From the IMG/VR virus record IMGVR_UViG_3300042888_001691: DNA of 59,686 nucleotides; one strand, given 5' to 3'. This document shows positions 10,989 to 20,114 of the stretch, one piece after another. Below the pieces are notes generated by a model, which worked only from the letters and a program-made list of their open reading frames with translations, had not been told where the DNA came from and searched no databases. The position numbers were made by a program, and so were the translations under genes. Position 1 is the stretch's first letter. Every line of letters begins with the position of its first letter. This DNA comes from an uncultured virus (IMG/VR IMGVR_UViG_3300042888_001691). Its lineage: Duplodnaviria; Heunggongvirae; Uroviricota; Caudoviricetes.

Positions 10989-11426
10989 TTATCGTGCTTT
11001 GCCCTGATGAAAGATATCATTTTCAGTCAGTACGCGAAAGCGAAGTCCATTTTGACTGCACCAGGCCTGTGCTGCTTGCCATTTGTATGCATTCAGAACT
11101 GCAGCGGCTTGATCCCGCATGCTGCGGCCTGCTGCTTCTAGCGTGGTCTGCTTGCTTGGTTTGATTTCTATCAGTTCCCCAAATTTCTCATTATTCTTGT
11201 TCATGTACATGATCATGAAATCTGGTATGTATATGGTGTTCTTGTTGGTGAACGGATTCTTGTACGGAATATGTATTGCTTCGCTGGCCCATTGCAACAC
11301 TGCTGGATTTTCATCGCAGAATCGCATGAAGCTGTGTTCCCAACTGCTGCGAAAGTGCGGCACTTTCTTGCCCACATATTTGTCAGCATTTAATATTTGA
11401 TACAATCCGTTTGCGTACTTGGGCAT
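10989..11426 (-). CDS. gp4: Head completion protein (T4 gp4-like, TnsA-type nuclease fold)
   Basis: KYVG...RSSWE..FM.FCD.NP.VLQWASE...IPY...YIPDF...IEIKP..QT...KW.AA. Confidence 0.88.
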   Translation of the reverse strand: MPKYANGLYQILNADKYVGKKVPHFRSSWEHSFMRFCDENPAVLQWASEAIHIPYKNPFTNKNTIYIPDFMIMYMNKNNEKFGELIEIKPSKQTTLEAAGRSMRDQAAAVLNAYKWQAAQAWCSQNGLRFRVLTENDIFHQGKAR

Positions 11427-11824
11427 TATGGTAGTATGGTTCGTTCAACGTACTTGTTGATTTTGGGCGCATTTATTACGCCAAGATAACTGGTGCCTTT
11501 TCTTTCTAAATTTAAAAACATAACCAAGTAGTCGTTCAATTCACCAATGGGCATCTTTTTAAATTCATCCAAGGTACTCATGGGATCTATACCTTGTTTT
11601 AGACTGGTGTAAATTACTGCGCTTGCCAGTGCCCTGGCACCTGCTATGTTGTCTGTTATTTGTTCAAAATAAGCTATTACTGCAGCGTCAACGTTGCTGC
11701 TGACCTGCACCGGCACATCAAAAAAATTGTTAAAATACGTGTTTTCATCGCCAGCGGCACGAGTATTTAAATTGACTTGACCTAAATTTGTAGGATACTC
11801 TGCTGTCTTTATATTGTTGATCAT
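11426..11824 (-). CDS. Hypothetical protein
   Basis: 132-aa ORF whose start and stop overlap those of its neighbours. Confidence 0.7.
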   Translation of the reverse strand: MINNIKTAEYPTNLGQVNLNTRAAGDENTYFNNFFDVPVQVSSNVDAAVIAYFEQITDNIAGARALASAVIYTSLKQGIDPMSTLDEFKKMPIGELNDYLVMFLNLERKGTSYLGVINAPKINKYVERTILP

Positions 11825-12009
11825 GGTTTATCTTTTGCAATGCGCTGGTTAGTTGGTACTGTGGGCTGCTTGTGATGCATCTTGGTCATACCTTGTTGTT
11901 TGTACACTGCTTCTATAGTACTGGTATTTTTATCTTGAAGACCCGCCACAGTCTGCGAAGAACTGTTGCCAAATACTGTTGTGGTAAAAATCTGACTGTT
12001 TGCGATCAT
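11821..12009 (-). CDS. Small hypothetical protein
   Basis: Fills the operon gap; ATGA overlap with the downstream gene. Confidence 0.5.
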   Translation of the reverse strand: MIANSQIFTTTVFGNSSSQTVAGLQDKNTSTIEAVYKQQGMTKMHHKQPTVPTNQRIAKDKP

Positions 12010-12017
12010 TATTGTGC

Positions 12018-13655
12018 CTAGATTGTTGTAGGGGCAGGATTAGTAGCACCACCAATCACAGTGCCATCTGGTGTTACCCCAATTGGATTACCATTGGTGA
12101 TGAACTTGCTGGTCTCGGCTGCTGCTGCTGTGACAGATTTTGACACTATGGTATCTGCTCCTGGGGTCATTGCCAAGGCATTTGTAACATTGGTTACAAT
12201 GGTATTTGTACCAGTAGTGAACACTGGACTATTCAGTATTGCTGTTTTTGTACCTTGGGGCAACTGGTTGGCTGCTGTTGTGGCTGCAGTTGTTTCCTCG
12301 GCTGCTCTTGCCTGTTCTTCAGTTACTTTTGCTTTTTTATCATTTTGAAATTTAATTAGTGCTGCTGTTAAAAAACTAAAACTAGGGGCCGGTTCAGACG
12401 CTGTAGTTTGCCCGGAAATGTTTACACTGTATACTTGATTCAATGATCCGCCGGTTAGTGCCCCATCACTGTTTGATTTTGCTCCTGCAAGATTAACAGC
12501 TGACTTTACGGCGCCAACCGCAGCAATCGCTATTCCACTGATCAGTGCTACAGGACCGTTATTGACAGAAACTCCGTTGCTTAGTACACTGCCCGACGAG
12601 ACCAATGATGAAGGCGGCGTTGAATTAATTCCGGGAAAAGTTGTGACAGTTGACGGTACAAAAAATCTATCCCTGGGATCTTTGCCTTTTAATATGTCGC
12701 GTCCAGCTGTTATTAATTCTGTTTTTGCTAGACCAAGTAAATTTGTATTTTTATTTTTCTGGAATGCTCTTACCAATGTGAATGCCGCAGTGCCAAAATT
12801 GCCTGCACCTCCAGCACCAATTATGGTATCAACTGCCGACAACATGCCGCCAGGGCCCATGATGCTGTTTGTACCGCCGCCTAGCGCAGTCAGCGGGCTG
12901 GCTGATTTGTCGTAATGTAGATCAGCAAAACCTTTGACAGTGTTAGCTGTAATATATCCACTGGCATACAACACTGTTTCAAAGTTCACTGTCATTGTAT
13001 GATCAAGCGTGCCATTGTCGCTGCTGGTATGGCTTCCGTGGGCAAACGCACTAATAAAAGGATTTACTAAAGTGTATTCACTGAACCTTTTTTGATGTAA
13101 ACTATAAATTCTAATGGCCTTGATGTATTGATTATCATTGGCCATACCATACTTTCGTGGAGTATATCCAAATCTATTCAGTGTTTCTCTATTCTCTCCA
13201 GTCACGTACTTGCTTCGAGCAAACATAACTGGGTTTATTCCGCCCGTAGGGCCGTCGTAACCAATATCTGCATCTCTATAATAATAGGTATAATAATCGT
13301 ACCAAAGGTTACGAACCACATCGGCACTGTCGTCGTGAAAGCTAATATTAAGTGCGTTGTATCCTAGTTTTGTTTGTACAATTGACGGGCGATTGTAGTT
13401 GTTTAGTGTTTTAGTTGCAATATTGAAACTGGGAAGATCCACACTCTTGGCCAACATGCCATGTTCAATCAGTTTATCTTGTCCTCTAATACTTGACAGC
13501 TCATCATTTAGCTCAAAGTAAACATGATAAAGCCAATTGTACTTTGGACTCAATGCATAGTTATTGGCCACATACAATCTAGATGCATGTTGCCTATCTT
13601 TAATTTGATCGCCAGTAGCGATCTGATTCAGGAATCCGTCAAATATATTTGCCAT
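12018..13655 (-). CDS. Tail tube-like protein (tube initiator/baseplate type) with a low-complexity C-terminal extension
   Basis: KSVDLPSFNIATKTLNNYNR...LNISFHDD...TLVNPFISAF..G..S..MTVNFE matches the gp19/gp54-type tube pattern; adjacent to the tube gene. Confidence 0.65.
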   Translation of the reverse strand: MANIFDGFLNQIATGDQIKDRQHASRLYVANNYALSPKYNWLYHVYFELNDELSSIRGQDKLIEHGMLAKSVDLPSFNIATKTLNNYNRPSIVQTKLGYNALNISFHDDSADVVRNLWYDYYTYYYRDADIGYDGPTGGINPVMFARSKYVTGENRETLNRFGYTPRKYGMANDNQYIKAIRIYSLHQKRFSEYTLVNPFISAFAHGSHTSSDNGTLDHTMTVNFETVLYASGYITANTVKGFADLHYDKSASPLTALGGGTNSIMGPGGMLSAVDTIIGAGGAGNFGTAAFTLVRAFQKNKNTNLLGLAKTELITAGRDILKGKDPRDRFFVPSTVTTFPGINSTPPSSLVSSGSVLSNGVSVNNGPVALISGIAIAAVGAVKSAVNLAGAKSNSDGALTGGSLNQVYSVNISGQTTASEPAPSFSFLTAALIKFQNDKKAKVTEEQARAAEETTAATTAANQLPQGTKTAILNSPVFTTGTNTIVTNVTNALAMTPGADTIVSKSVTAAAAETSKFITNGNPIGVTPDGTVIGGATNPAPTTI

Positions 13656-13670
13656 AACAATATTTATTCC

Positions 13671-13700
13671 AAAAAAATACCCGGTTTAACCGGGTATTTT
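13671..13700 (-). terminator. Rho-independent terminator after the tail tube gene
   Basis: AAAATACCCGG-TTAAA-CCGGGTATTTT followed by more T on the minus strand. Confidence 0.85.
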
Positions 13701-13718
13701 GTAAGCCCACTAAAAATA

Positions 13719-14336
13719 TTAGCCAGTAATCAATGTACCCAATGTTCTACCAATATCAGTACCAACACCAGTAGCAGTAGGAGTCTGTACTGCGTTGTCA
13801 TATGTGATTGACAATGCAATTTCTGCAGGAGCTTGTTCTGCATAACTCATCTCACCGTAATTTACTGTAGTAATAAACGCTCCGTACAATTCCCATGTTT
13901 CGAGCACTGTTGGTTCGTGTGATCCATTGCCACCATCAAGCATTTCAAATTTAAGCACAAATTTATAATCAATTCCTGAGCTAGCCGAACTTTGTTCAGC
14001 AAAGTCAAATTGCTTCTGAATCTGTTCGCCAACCAGTTTGCTAACATTGCCGCCGGCGTCGTCGCGCAATGTGACACTAACAGGTTCCCAAGTTGGTTTG
14101 CCAACAAGATTAACTTTACTGTTGTAAACATCAATCACAAAAGGATTAAAGTTTAAGTTTGGACGACTAATAGTTGATACTTGTTTTGTAAGTTCTACTA
14201 CATCAGTGCTGACTCCAAAGTTCTCAAATATTGCTCTGAAACGATATTTCAATTTTGGCATCAACAACCCTTGCGCACTTGCGCTTTGGTTGGTTGCTAA
14301 TGGTACTGTAAATTTGTTTAACGAGGCTGTGGCCAT
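13719..14336 (-). CDS. gp19: Tail tube protein
   Basis: PKLKYRFR...VGKPTWEPVSVTLRDD...ETWELYGAF...NYGEMSY...ITYDNA; directly downstream of the sheath gene; AGGAG Shine-Dalgarno. Confidence 0.85.
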   Translation of the reverse strand: MATASLNKFTVPLATNQSASAQGLLMPKLKYRFRAIFENFGVSTDVVELTKQVSTISRPNLNFNPFVIDVYNSKVNLVGKPTWEPVSVTLRDDAGGNVSKLVGEQIQKQFDFAEQSSASSGIDYKFVLKFEMLDGGNGSHEPTVLETWELYGAFITTVNYGEMSYAEQAPAEIALSITYDNAVQTPTATGVGTDIGRTLGTLITG

Positions 14337-14413
14337 TTATGTTCTCCTATTATAGGTATTTATCAAAATTTTTGAAAATTTTTGTAGGGGGTATTTTACA
14401 CCCCCAACCTACA

Positions 14414-17400
14414 TTATACTCCTGCAGCAATATCACCTGGGTTCTTGAGTCTGATTGGAATGTAAATAAATTCCACAGATTTCATTGGTTCAATCGCAAT
14501 ATCAACATACAATTCATTTCTTGCTATTCTGGTAGGTGTGTTGTTTGTTTCGTCACACACCACCACATAGTCATATATACCGCGTTTGGATATCAGATCG
14601 TTGATTGCACCAGAAATAACATTCTTGATTTGGTCTCTGGTTATTTTGTCGTTTGGTTCAAACAAATAGCCGTTACCAACGCTGGCAAGGATTGTACGAA
14701 TGTAGTTAACTAGACGTGCTACATTGATACGATCCAGCGAACTTGCTGTAGGATTACGAGTCTTTTGTCCCCACACACACAGTCCAACACCTGGCAAATT
14801 TGTGATTGGGTTAATTTTGTTTTCGTACAAGGTATCACGCAATCCTACACGAATACTGTCAAATGTAAACTCATCCCCGTTGGTGGAATCTAGGTATCCA
14901 ATACTGCTGGCATTGTCAACCAATCCACGACGTGTTCCTGCTGGGGCAAACCACTGATATGCCACGTTGTCGTTGTTGATTATGGTGCGTAATGCAATAT
15001 GACTGGACGGAACCACAATGTCATTACCTTGTAAATCTGTGCTCAGACCCGACGGATAATACACTGCCAAATATGGATCTGCTGTTGCCAGACCGTTGCC
15101 ATCAGTATTGTTGCTCCAGTTGGCAATATCAACTGCATTTGGTGCTAGACGCATTGGGGTATCACCAATAACAAACGCAGTGTTGGCTCGGTCATTGTTC
15201 AATGCCACCATCTCATCAATCAATTCAGGATAACCAGGTGCTGCAATTATGTTAAACTGATACTGATCTTCTCTAACTGTAGTGTTAGCTACAACTGCTG
15301 CTTGCATTGCTGCTGTTATCATTCTTCTCTGCGCTTGGCGGCCCATGTATGGACTACCGTTGCTCTTCAACCCACTGGCAGTCTGCCACGTATCTTTAAC
15401 AGTTGGCAACGAGCTGTCGGCTCCTGGTACTGCAGGTAAATCAGGGTATGCATTTGCATTAAATTTGTTACTGACAAATTGTTTTACATTGTAACCACTA
15501 CGACGTGTGTTAAAAAGCAAAATACCACGTGGATACAGTCTGTAATCCGGGCCATCTTGGTCCAAGTAACTGCTTGCTAGTAAATCTGTCACTGCAGGTA
15601 ACGAATCGCTGGTAATGTCTGACGTGCCGTCTGTGTCCCAACGTGCATCAGCAAATATAATACCATTCTGACCAATTTGATCTGAATTATCAATTAGCGA
15701 CCATTCTGCACCAGTATATCTATACAACACTGGATAATTTTCTAAGTCGCCACTGTCTAACCATAAATCGCCGGCTACAAGAGCAGTGACTCCATCACTT
15801 TGAAATTCTGGTTCGCTGGCACTAACAATTACGCCAGCGGTGTCAGTGGCTGATAAATCATAACCACGGGCATCAGTTTTGGTACCATCATAGTAACTGT
15901 CGCGGTATCCTTTCCATCCGCCAATTTCGTTGACCATGATATCAACTGTGGCTGGATCACTGTAGTACCATAAAGTGCCATCAACTGGTGCTTGTGTGGG
16001 CTCTGAGGTGCTAAAGGTATAAGTTAGTGCCTCCCAGTTGGTTAGAGCTAGTAGAGCTGTTCCTTCTGATGACCCAGCAATGGCACCTGTAGTGTTGCCA
16101 GTGAACCCTGCATCTGCAGTTGGTGTTCCATCAGTGTCTATTAGATAAATATCACCACCGTATATGTGTGTAAATGTAATAACACCGTTGCTCACACTTA
16201 TGTTCAATTCTGGAATATTTTTTGCTAAGACATCACTTACAAAACTAGCAGGAGTAGTGCCAGTTAATGTTACAACATACGCAGTTGGAATAGCCTCACC
16301 AATTTCCGTAATGCTAATTGTTAGATCATCACCAATAGTAAATGGATTAGCTCCTAGTGTACTGCCACTAACTACCGTTTGACCAGCTTTTCTACGAACA
16401 TATGGTTTGAACAATCCTATGCCGGTAACTTCTGGGTCATATGCCACCCAAACTGTACCTGCTGCAAGGCCATTGCCACCACCAGATGGATCTAGACCAA
16501 ATAATGCATCAGCAAATTCATTGTAGAACGGTGCAGCTTGGGTAGTAAAGGTCGCGGTAGAAGAGCTGTACTTTTTAATTACCACATCGGCTCCACTGCC
16601 TGTAGCACCAACTTTTAAGAACACACTACCACTTGGACGAGGCACAGTATCAGTACTTCTCCAGCTTGGGATTTCAGCAAATGTTCCGTATGTTAATGCT
16701 GGATTTGCATATGTGCCTGCGGTGATACCTAGAGTAGTTAAAGGAGTGCCAGATCCATTGGCAATGATAATTTTTCCGTCTGCTGTTGAACCGTTGGATT
16801 CAGACAAGCTGCTTGCATATATTTCTAGTTTTCCATTTACTACTGCTGCTGTTACTCCGTCAATTGTGGCAGCAGTGATTGCAGCAGCAACCTGTGCCAC
16901 TGTTCTTGCTGCACCAGTATTGCCTACAGTGACCGTAGCACCGTTAATAGTAATAGTAGCAGCCGGGGTGCTGGCAGCAATTTCAGGATTAGACACTGAG
17001 CCTTTGATGGTTGGCCAACTGATGGCCCAAGCATTGGATCCAACTTGTACCCAGGCGTTGGCTGAATTTTTGTAAAAAACTAAATTGCTGCTGCCGCTGT
17101 TAAATGCAATAGCATACGATCCAATTTGTCCAACACTGGATTTGGGAGTGTAAATTCCACTGGTAGGACCATCTAAATCAGCCAATGATGTTACCAAGAT
17201 TGGAGTTTTTAGTGTGAGAGTCGATAATGATGCGTCCCATTCGTTGATTCCCCATGTACTTTCAGTCAAATCCATCCAGTAAGTGTTGTTTGCCACAGCA
17301 CCAGTTGGGCGTACAGCAGTGCCTTCCAGCTGGGCTAGGTCAACATCAGCGCGAATTGCATAGATTTTGTTCACTTGTCCCAATGCACTGTAAGCAGCCA

Positions 17401-17680
17401 TCAAGCCGTATTCGTTACGTTCATCGCCGTGCAATGGAGTGCCAGCTGCACTTTGTTGGAAGCTTGGATATCCCATTGCTGTGATTAATTCTCGTTGGCT
17501 AGTATATGCCAATAATTTTCCTGCACGAGCTGCAGTGGTATCAGCTGCTGCAGTTCCTGCAGGGTTTAGTTTGTCTTGTGCTGTTGCTAAGATAACCAGC
17601 GGTACAGTGCCTACTGCGCCGGGTACGTATTGACTTTCGTCTGTGACTGTTAATTGCAGTCCTGGAGATACTAGTGCCAT
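14414..17680 (-). CDS. gp18: Contractile tail sheath protein with large inserted domains
   Basis: MALVSPG N-terminus; C-terminal WFAPAGTRRG, LYENKINPI, WGQKT, LDRINVARL, FEPND, DETNNTP and IEPMKSVEFIYI sheath motifs. Confidence 0.95.
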   Translation of the reverse strand: MALVSPGLQLTVTDESQYVPGAVGTVPLVILATAQDKLNPAGTAAADTTAARAGKLLAYTSQRELITAMGYPSFQQSAAGTPLHGDERNEYGLMAAYSALGQVNKIYAIRADVDLAQLEGTAVRPTGAVANNTYWMDLTESTWGINEWDASLSTLTLKTPILVTSLADLDGPTSGIYTPKSSVGQIGSYAIAFNSGSSNLVFYKNSANAWVQVGSNAWAISWPTIKGSVSNPEIAASTPAATITINGATVTVGNTGAARTVAQVAAAITAATIDGVTAAVVNGKLEIYASSLSESNGSTADGKIIIANGSGTPLTTLGITAGTYANPALTYGTFAEIPSWRSTDTVPRPSGSVFLKVGATGSGADVVIKKYSSSTATFTTQAAPFYNEFADALFGLDPSGGGNGLAAGTVWVAYDPEVTGIGLFKPYVRRKAGQTVVSGSTLGANPFTIGDDLTISITEIGEAIPTAYVVTLTGTTPASFVSDVLAKNIPELNISVSNGVITFTHIYGGDIYLIDTDGTPTADAGFTGNTTGAIAGSSEGTALLALTNWEALTYTFSTSEPTQAPVDGTLWYYSDPATVDIMVNEIGGWKGYRDSYYDGTKTDARGYDLSATDTAGVIVSASEPEFQSDGVTALVAGDLWLDSGDLENYPVLYRYTGAEWSLIDNSDQIGQNGIIFADARWDTDGTSDITSDSLPAVTDLLASSYLDQDGPDYRLYPRGILLFNTRRSGYNVKQFVSNKFNANAYPDLPAVPGADSSLPTVKDTWQTASGLKSNGSPYMGRQAQRRMITAAMQAAVVANTTVREDQYQFNIIAAPGYPELIDEMVALNNDRANTAFVIGDTPMRLAPNAVDIANWSNNTDGNGLATADPYLAVYYPSGLSTDLQGNDIVVPSSHIALRTIINNDNVAYQWFAPAGTRRGLVDNASSIGYLDSTNGDEFTFDSIRVGLRDTLYENKINPITNLPGVGLCVWGQKTRNPTASSLDRINVARLVNYIRTILASVGNGYLFEPNDKITRDQIKNVISGAINDLISKRGIYDYVVVCDETNNTPTRIARNELYVDIAIEPMKSVEFIYIPIRLKNPGDIAAGV

Positions 17681-17711
17681 GTTTTTATCCTTTTAATAAA
17701 ACAGTTTCTAG

Positions 17712-17719
17712 TATTTATA
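17712..17719 (-). promoter_or_regulatory. T4-type late promoter TATAAATA for the tail sheath gene (representative of a recurring TAAATA/TAAGTA motif)
   Basis: Exact T4 late consensus. The core also precedes genes at 1626, 10483, 10986, 13661, 14357, 17771(+), 20093, 21675(+), 26702, 29894, 36208, 43115, 46694 and 55462. Confidence 0.8.
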
Positions 17720-17783
17720 AAATGGCCTGCAATTTGGTTGATTAGCAGGTGCCTTTGAAAGGTTCACAAATAAATACTGTATC

Positions 17784-18134
17784 ATGACTAGACCCATATG
17801 CCACACATGCAAGGAGAATCCAGCTGCTGTCAACTATCTAGGCCAAAACACAGTATACTATCGCAAAAACTGTGCTGGTTGCATACGAAAACTCAAGAAG
17901 CAAAAGCCAATACCTGCGGCTTGGCAAAGATCTGGGTACAAGAAAAAAGCCAAATGTGATAGATGTAGCTTTGTTGCCACAAATACAAAGACTCAATTAA
18001 GGGTGTATTATGTAGATGGAGACTTGCGCAATAACAATTGGACCAATCTCAAGACCATATGCTTGAATTGCCAGGCTGCTATTCAAGACTCTAAACTGGG
18101 CTGGAAGCCTGCTGATTTGGTAGCAGATTTTTAA
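17784..18134 (+). CDS. Zinc-finger/degenerate HNH-like protein
   Basis: Four CxxC pairs; VYYVDGDLRNNNWTNLKTICLNC is HNH-like but lacks the catalytic His; TAAATA 7 nt upstream. Confidence 0.7.
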   Translation: MTRPICHTCKENPAAVNYLGQNTVYYRKNCAGCIRKLKKQKPIPAAWQRSGYKKKAKCDRCSFVATNTKTQLRVYYVDGDLRNNNWTNLKTICLNCQAAIQDSKLGWKPADLVADF

Positions 18135-18726
18135 TTTGTTCGTACAACTGTTCTACTGTACCATTGTTGTCAACCACTGCATCAAATTTAGTACCAATCC
18201 AGGCCCATTCGCTAGGATGTACTTGGGGATATGCTTGTGCCATATGATCAAATTTGCCTGACACAGTCTCTAATGCAACATGGTACCATTCAGGAGTTTC
18301 TCCGCGCTGTACCCAAATAACCCGCCCACCTTGATTACGGATTGTTGCAATTTCGTTAGGAAATCGAACATCACTAATAACAGTGTGTCCTGTTCTAGTA
18401 CGCAGTCTGTTTTCAAGAGCAGCTATCCAGATGTCGTCATGAAAGCTTTTGCGGCACACTTCTGTGCCCCACTGCTGCAAGATCCATCTTGGGGTAATTT
18501 GTGGTATTCCCAGGCGGTGACTCCACCAGGGGTCTACTGTTTCACGCCATACTCTGCTTTCTGGAGTGCTGCCTTCCAGCAATTCTCTATCCCACCCAAA
18601 CACTGTAGACACTGCATCCTTGAGAGCTCCAGCAAAGCTGTCACGCCTGAACCCGTGCCATCCCACTAGATAGTTTGCTGCTGTATCTTTGCCCGAGCCA
18701 ATAAACCCGCAAATTCCTATGATCAT
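18091..18726 (-). CDS. gp1: Deoxynucleoside monophosphate kinase
   Basis: MIIGICGFIGSGKDT P-loop; SFAGALKD; TPRWILQQWGTEVCR; ISDVRFPNE; HPSE. Confidence 0.93.
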   Translation of the reverse strand: MIIGICGFIGSGKDTAANYLVGWHGFRRDSFAGALKDAVSTVFGWDRELLEGSTPESRVWRETVDPWWSHRLGIPQITPRWILQQWGTEVCRKSFHDDIWIAALENRLRTRTGHTVISDVRFPNEIATIRNQGGRVIWVQRGETPEWYHVALETVSGKFDHMAQAYPQVHPSEWAWIGTKFDAVVDNNGTVEQLYEQIKNLLPNQQASSPV

Positions 18727-18753
18727 AAAAAATGCCCCTTATAGGAGCATTTT
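18727..18753 (-). terminator. Hairpin/terminator overlapping the dNMP kinase -10 box and ribosome-binding site
   Basis: AAAATGCTCC-TATAA-GGGGCATTTTTT immediately before the ATG. Confidence 0.65.
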
Positions 18754-18777
18754 ACTATCTTGCCAGCACAAAGTCAA
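18749..18777 (-). promoter_or_regulatory. Sigma70-type early promoter for dNMP kinase
   Basis: TTGACT-17 nt-TAAAAT. Confidence 0.7.
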
Positions 18778-19154
18778 ACGCCGTATCTGTTCTTTTTTCT
18801 AGCAGCAATTGGACTAGTTTTGTTAACAGTTGGGGCTTCTTGGCTGCGAAAATCGCCGTTGTTCAGATCCTGGTGGTCAGCATTTACTGCTTTATATGCC
18901 AAATTTAACATGTCCTGTTCTTGTTTGCTGAATGGTATAGCAACTTTGCTTTTGCCAATCCAGCTTTCTTTGTCCACATCAGGCATGGTCTTGCCATCAG
19001 TCTGTGCCAGTGCCAATCCTAGACGATATTGAGTGTAATCGCTGTTCCAATGATCACCATCAGTGAATTTGTTTAGGCCCTTGGTTGCTTGTTGGTATCT
19101 TTTTGGCAACTTACCTGCTTTGTTTGCTTCTGTAATAATATCGTCGATCTTCAT
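18774..19154 (-). CDS. Hypothetical protein with a capsid-targeting-like N-terminus
   Basis: Start reassigned to 19154 (MKIDDIITE|A), overlapping the neck gene stop as TAATG. Confidence 0.7.
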   Translation of the reverse strand: MKIDDIITEANKAGKLPKRYQQATKGLNKFTDGDHWNSDYTQYRLGLALAQTDGKTMPDVDKESWIGKSKVAIPFSKQEQDMLNLAYKAVNADHQDLNNGDFRSQEAPTVNKTSPIAARKKNRYGV

Positions 19155-20074
19155 TATCCAATTACCCATGTCAACGGATAACTACCGTCAATATAATCTT
19201 TAAGTTGTTGCTCAAGGTCAGCCAATTCTACCACTGCTTCGCCTTTGAGACTTGCTCCGTTTAGCTGTGTGCCACCCGTTGGACCAGAAATAGTGGCAAA
19301 TTTTTCTCGTGCTTCGCCAAGAATGCGCTTGGCAAAACTGTAAGCATATTCTTGCAACCATGGAAAAACCTGGTAGTCGTTCAACAACATACTGTCGGGT
19401 TTATAGTTATAGATGTGCAACAAACAGTCTTCCATGTAATCCTCATTTTGATTTGCACCAGCATAAGGAATCTTACGGATCAGTGTGAGCTTTTTGGTAG
19501 CTTTATTAAATGTAAAATTCAAATATCCGCCAAACATTTTCATTGACATTTTTTGATAATCAACAAAAAGCTCATAGCTCAACAAGCCACCTACACGGCC
19601 TGCTACCAGCATGTAAGTGTTCAAGTAACCCGAGCTAAATGGTTCAAATTGACTGGCTGTGGTGCCAGTAACTGATCCAATGCCGCGCCGATATGCGCCG
19701 CGCACTTCCATGACTGTGTTGGGCAATATGTATTCTTGTGTCTCGGGCTTTAATTTTAAGAAAGCGTAACTTTCTTCTTGACTGTTACCTGCTCGTTGCC
19801 GATATTTGATCAGTGCCTGGCTGATTGCTAAATCATAGTGTTCTTTGTCCAGTTCAACGTCTACAATGCCGTCAGCTAATCGTAGTCGAATATAGTCAAT
19901 GATTTCTGCACGTTTGATGTTTACTGTATCAAACTCAGGCGGAGCAACGGTGCCCAGATCTTGAGTTGGGTCGTAGGCAATGTGCCCTACGCCAGTACCT
20001 GTACTGTTGTTGTACAGGCTGTCTGTTATAAGTACGCCATTGGCGTAAAACGAAGTGGTATCTGCTGTAGCCAT
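19154..20074 (-). CDS. gp13: Neck protein / head-tail adaptor (T4 gp13-like)
   Basis: YIRLRLADGIVDVELDKEHY...WLQEYAYSFAKRILGEAREKF...GGTQLNG. Confidence 0.85.
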   Translation of the reverse strand: MATADTTSFYANGVLITDSLYNNSTGTGVGHIAYDPTQDLGTVAPPEFDTVNIKRAEIIDYIRLRLADGIVDVELDKEHYDLAISQALIKYRQRAGNSQEESYAFLKLKPETQEYILPNTVMEVRGAYRRGIGSVTGTTASQFEPFSSGYLNTYMLVAGRVGGLLSYELFVDYQKMSMKMFGGYLNFTFNKATKKLTLIRKIPYAGANQNEDYMEDCLLHIYNYKPDSMLLNDYQVFPWLQEYAYSFAKRILGEAREKFATISGPTGGTQLNGASLKGEAVVELADLEQQLKDYIDGSYPLTWVIG

Positions 20075-20078
20075 TAAA

Positions 20079-20107
20079 GTGTCCTAGTAATGTATTTACC
20101 AGGACAC
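20079..20107 (-). promoter_or_regulatory. RBS-sequestering hairpin containing a late promoter, upstream of the neck gene
   Basis: GTGTCCTGGTAA-ATACA-TTACTAGGACAC forms a 12-bp stem (one G-U pair); TAAATA spans the arm/loop junction; the AGGA Shine-Dalgarno is in the 3' arm. Confidence 0.7.
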
Positions 20108-20114
20108 CGGCTAG

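Noticed and set aside
14363..14413. AAAATTTTTG duplication and GGGGG/CCCCC inverted repeat between sheath and tube genes
   Set aside because: Imperfect stem with no U-tract on the coding strand; it may be a processing or stability hairpin but cannot be called a terminator or operator.
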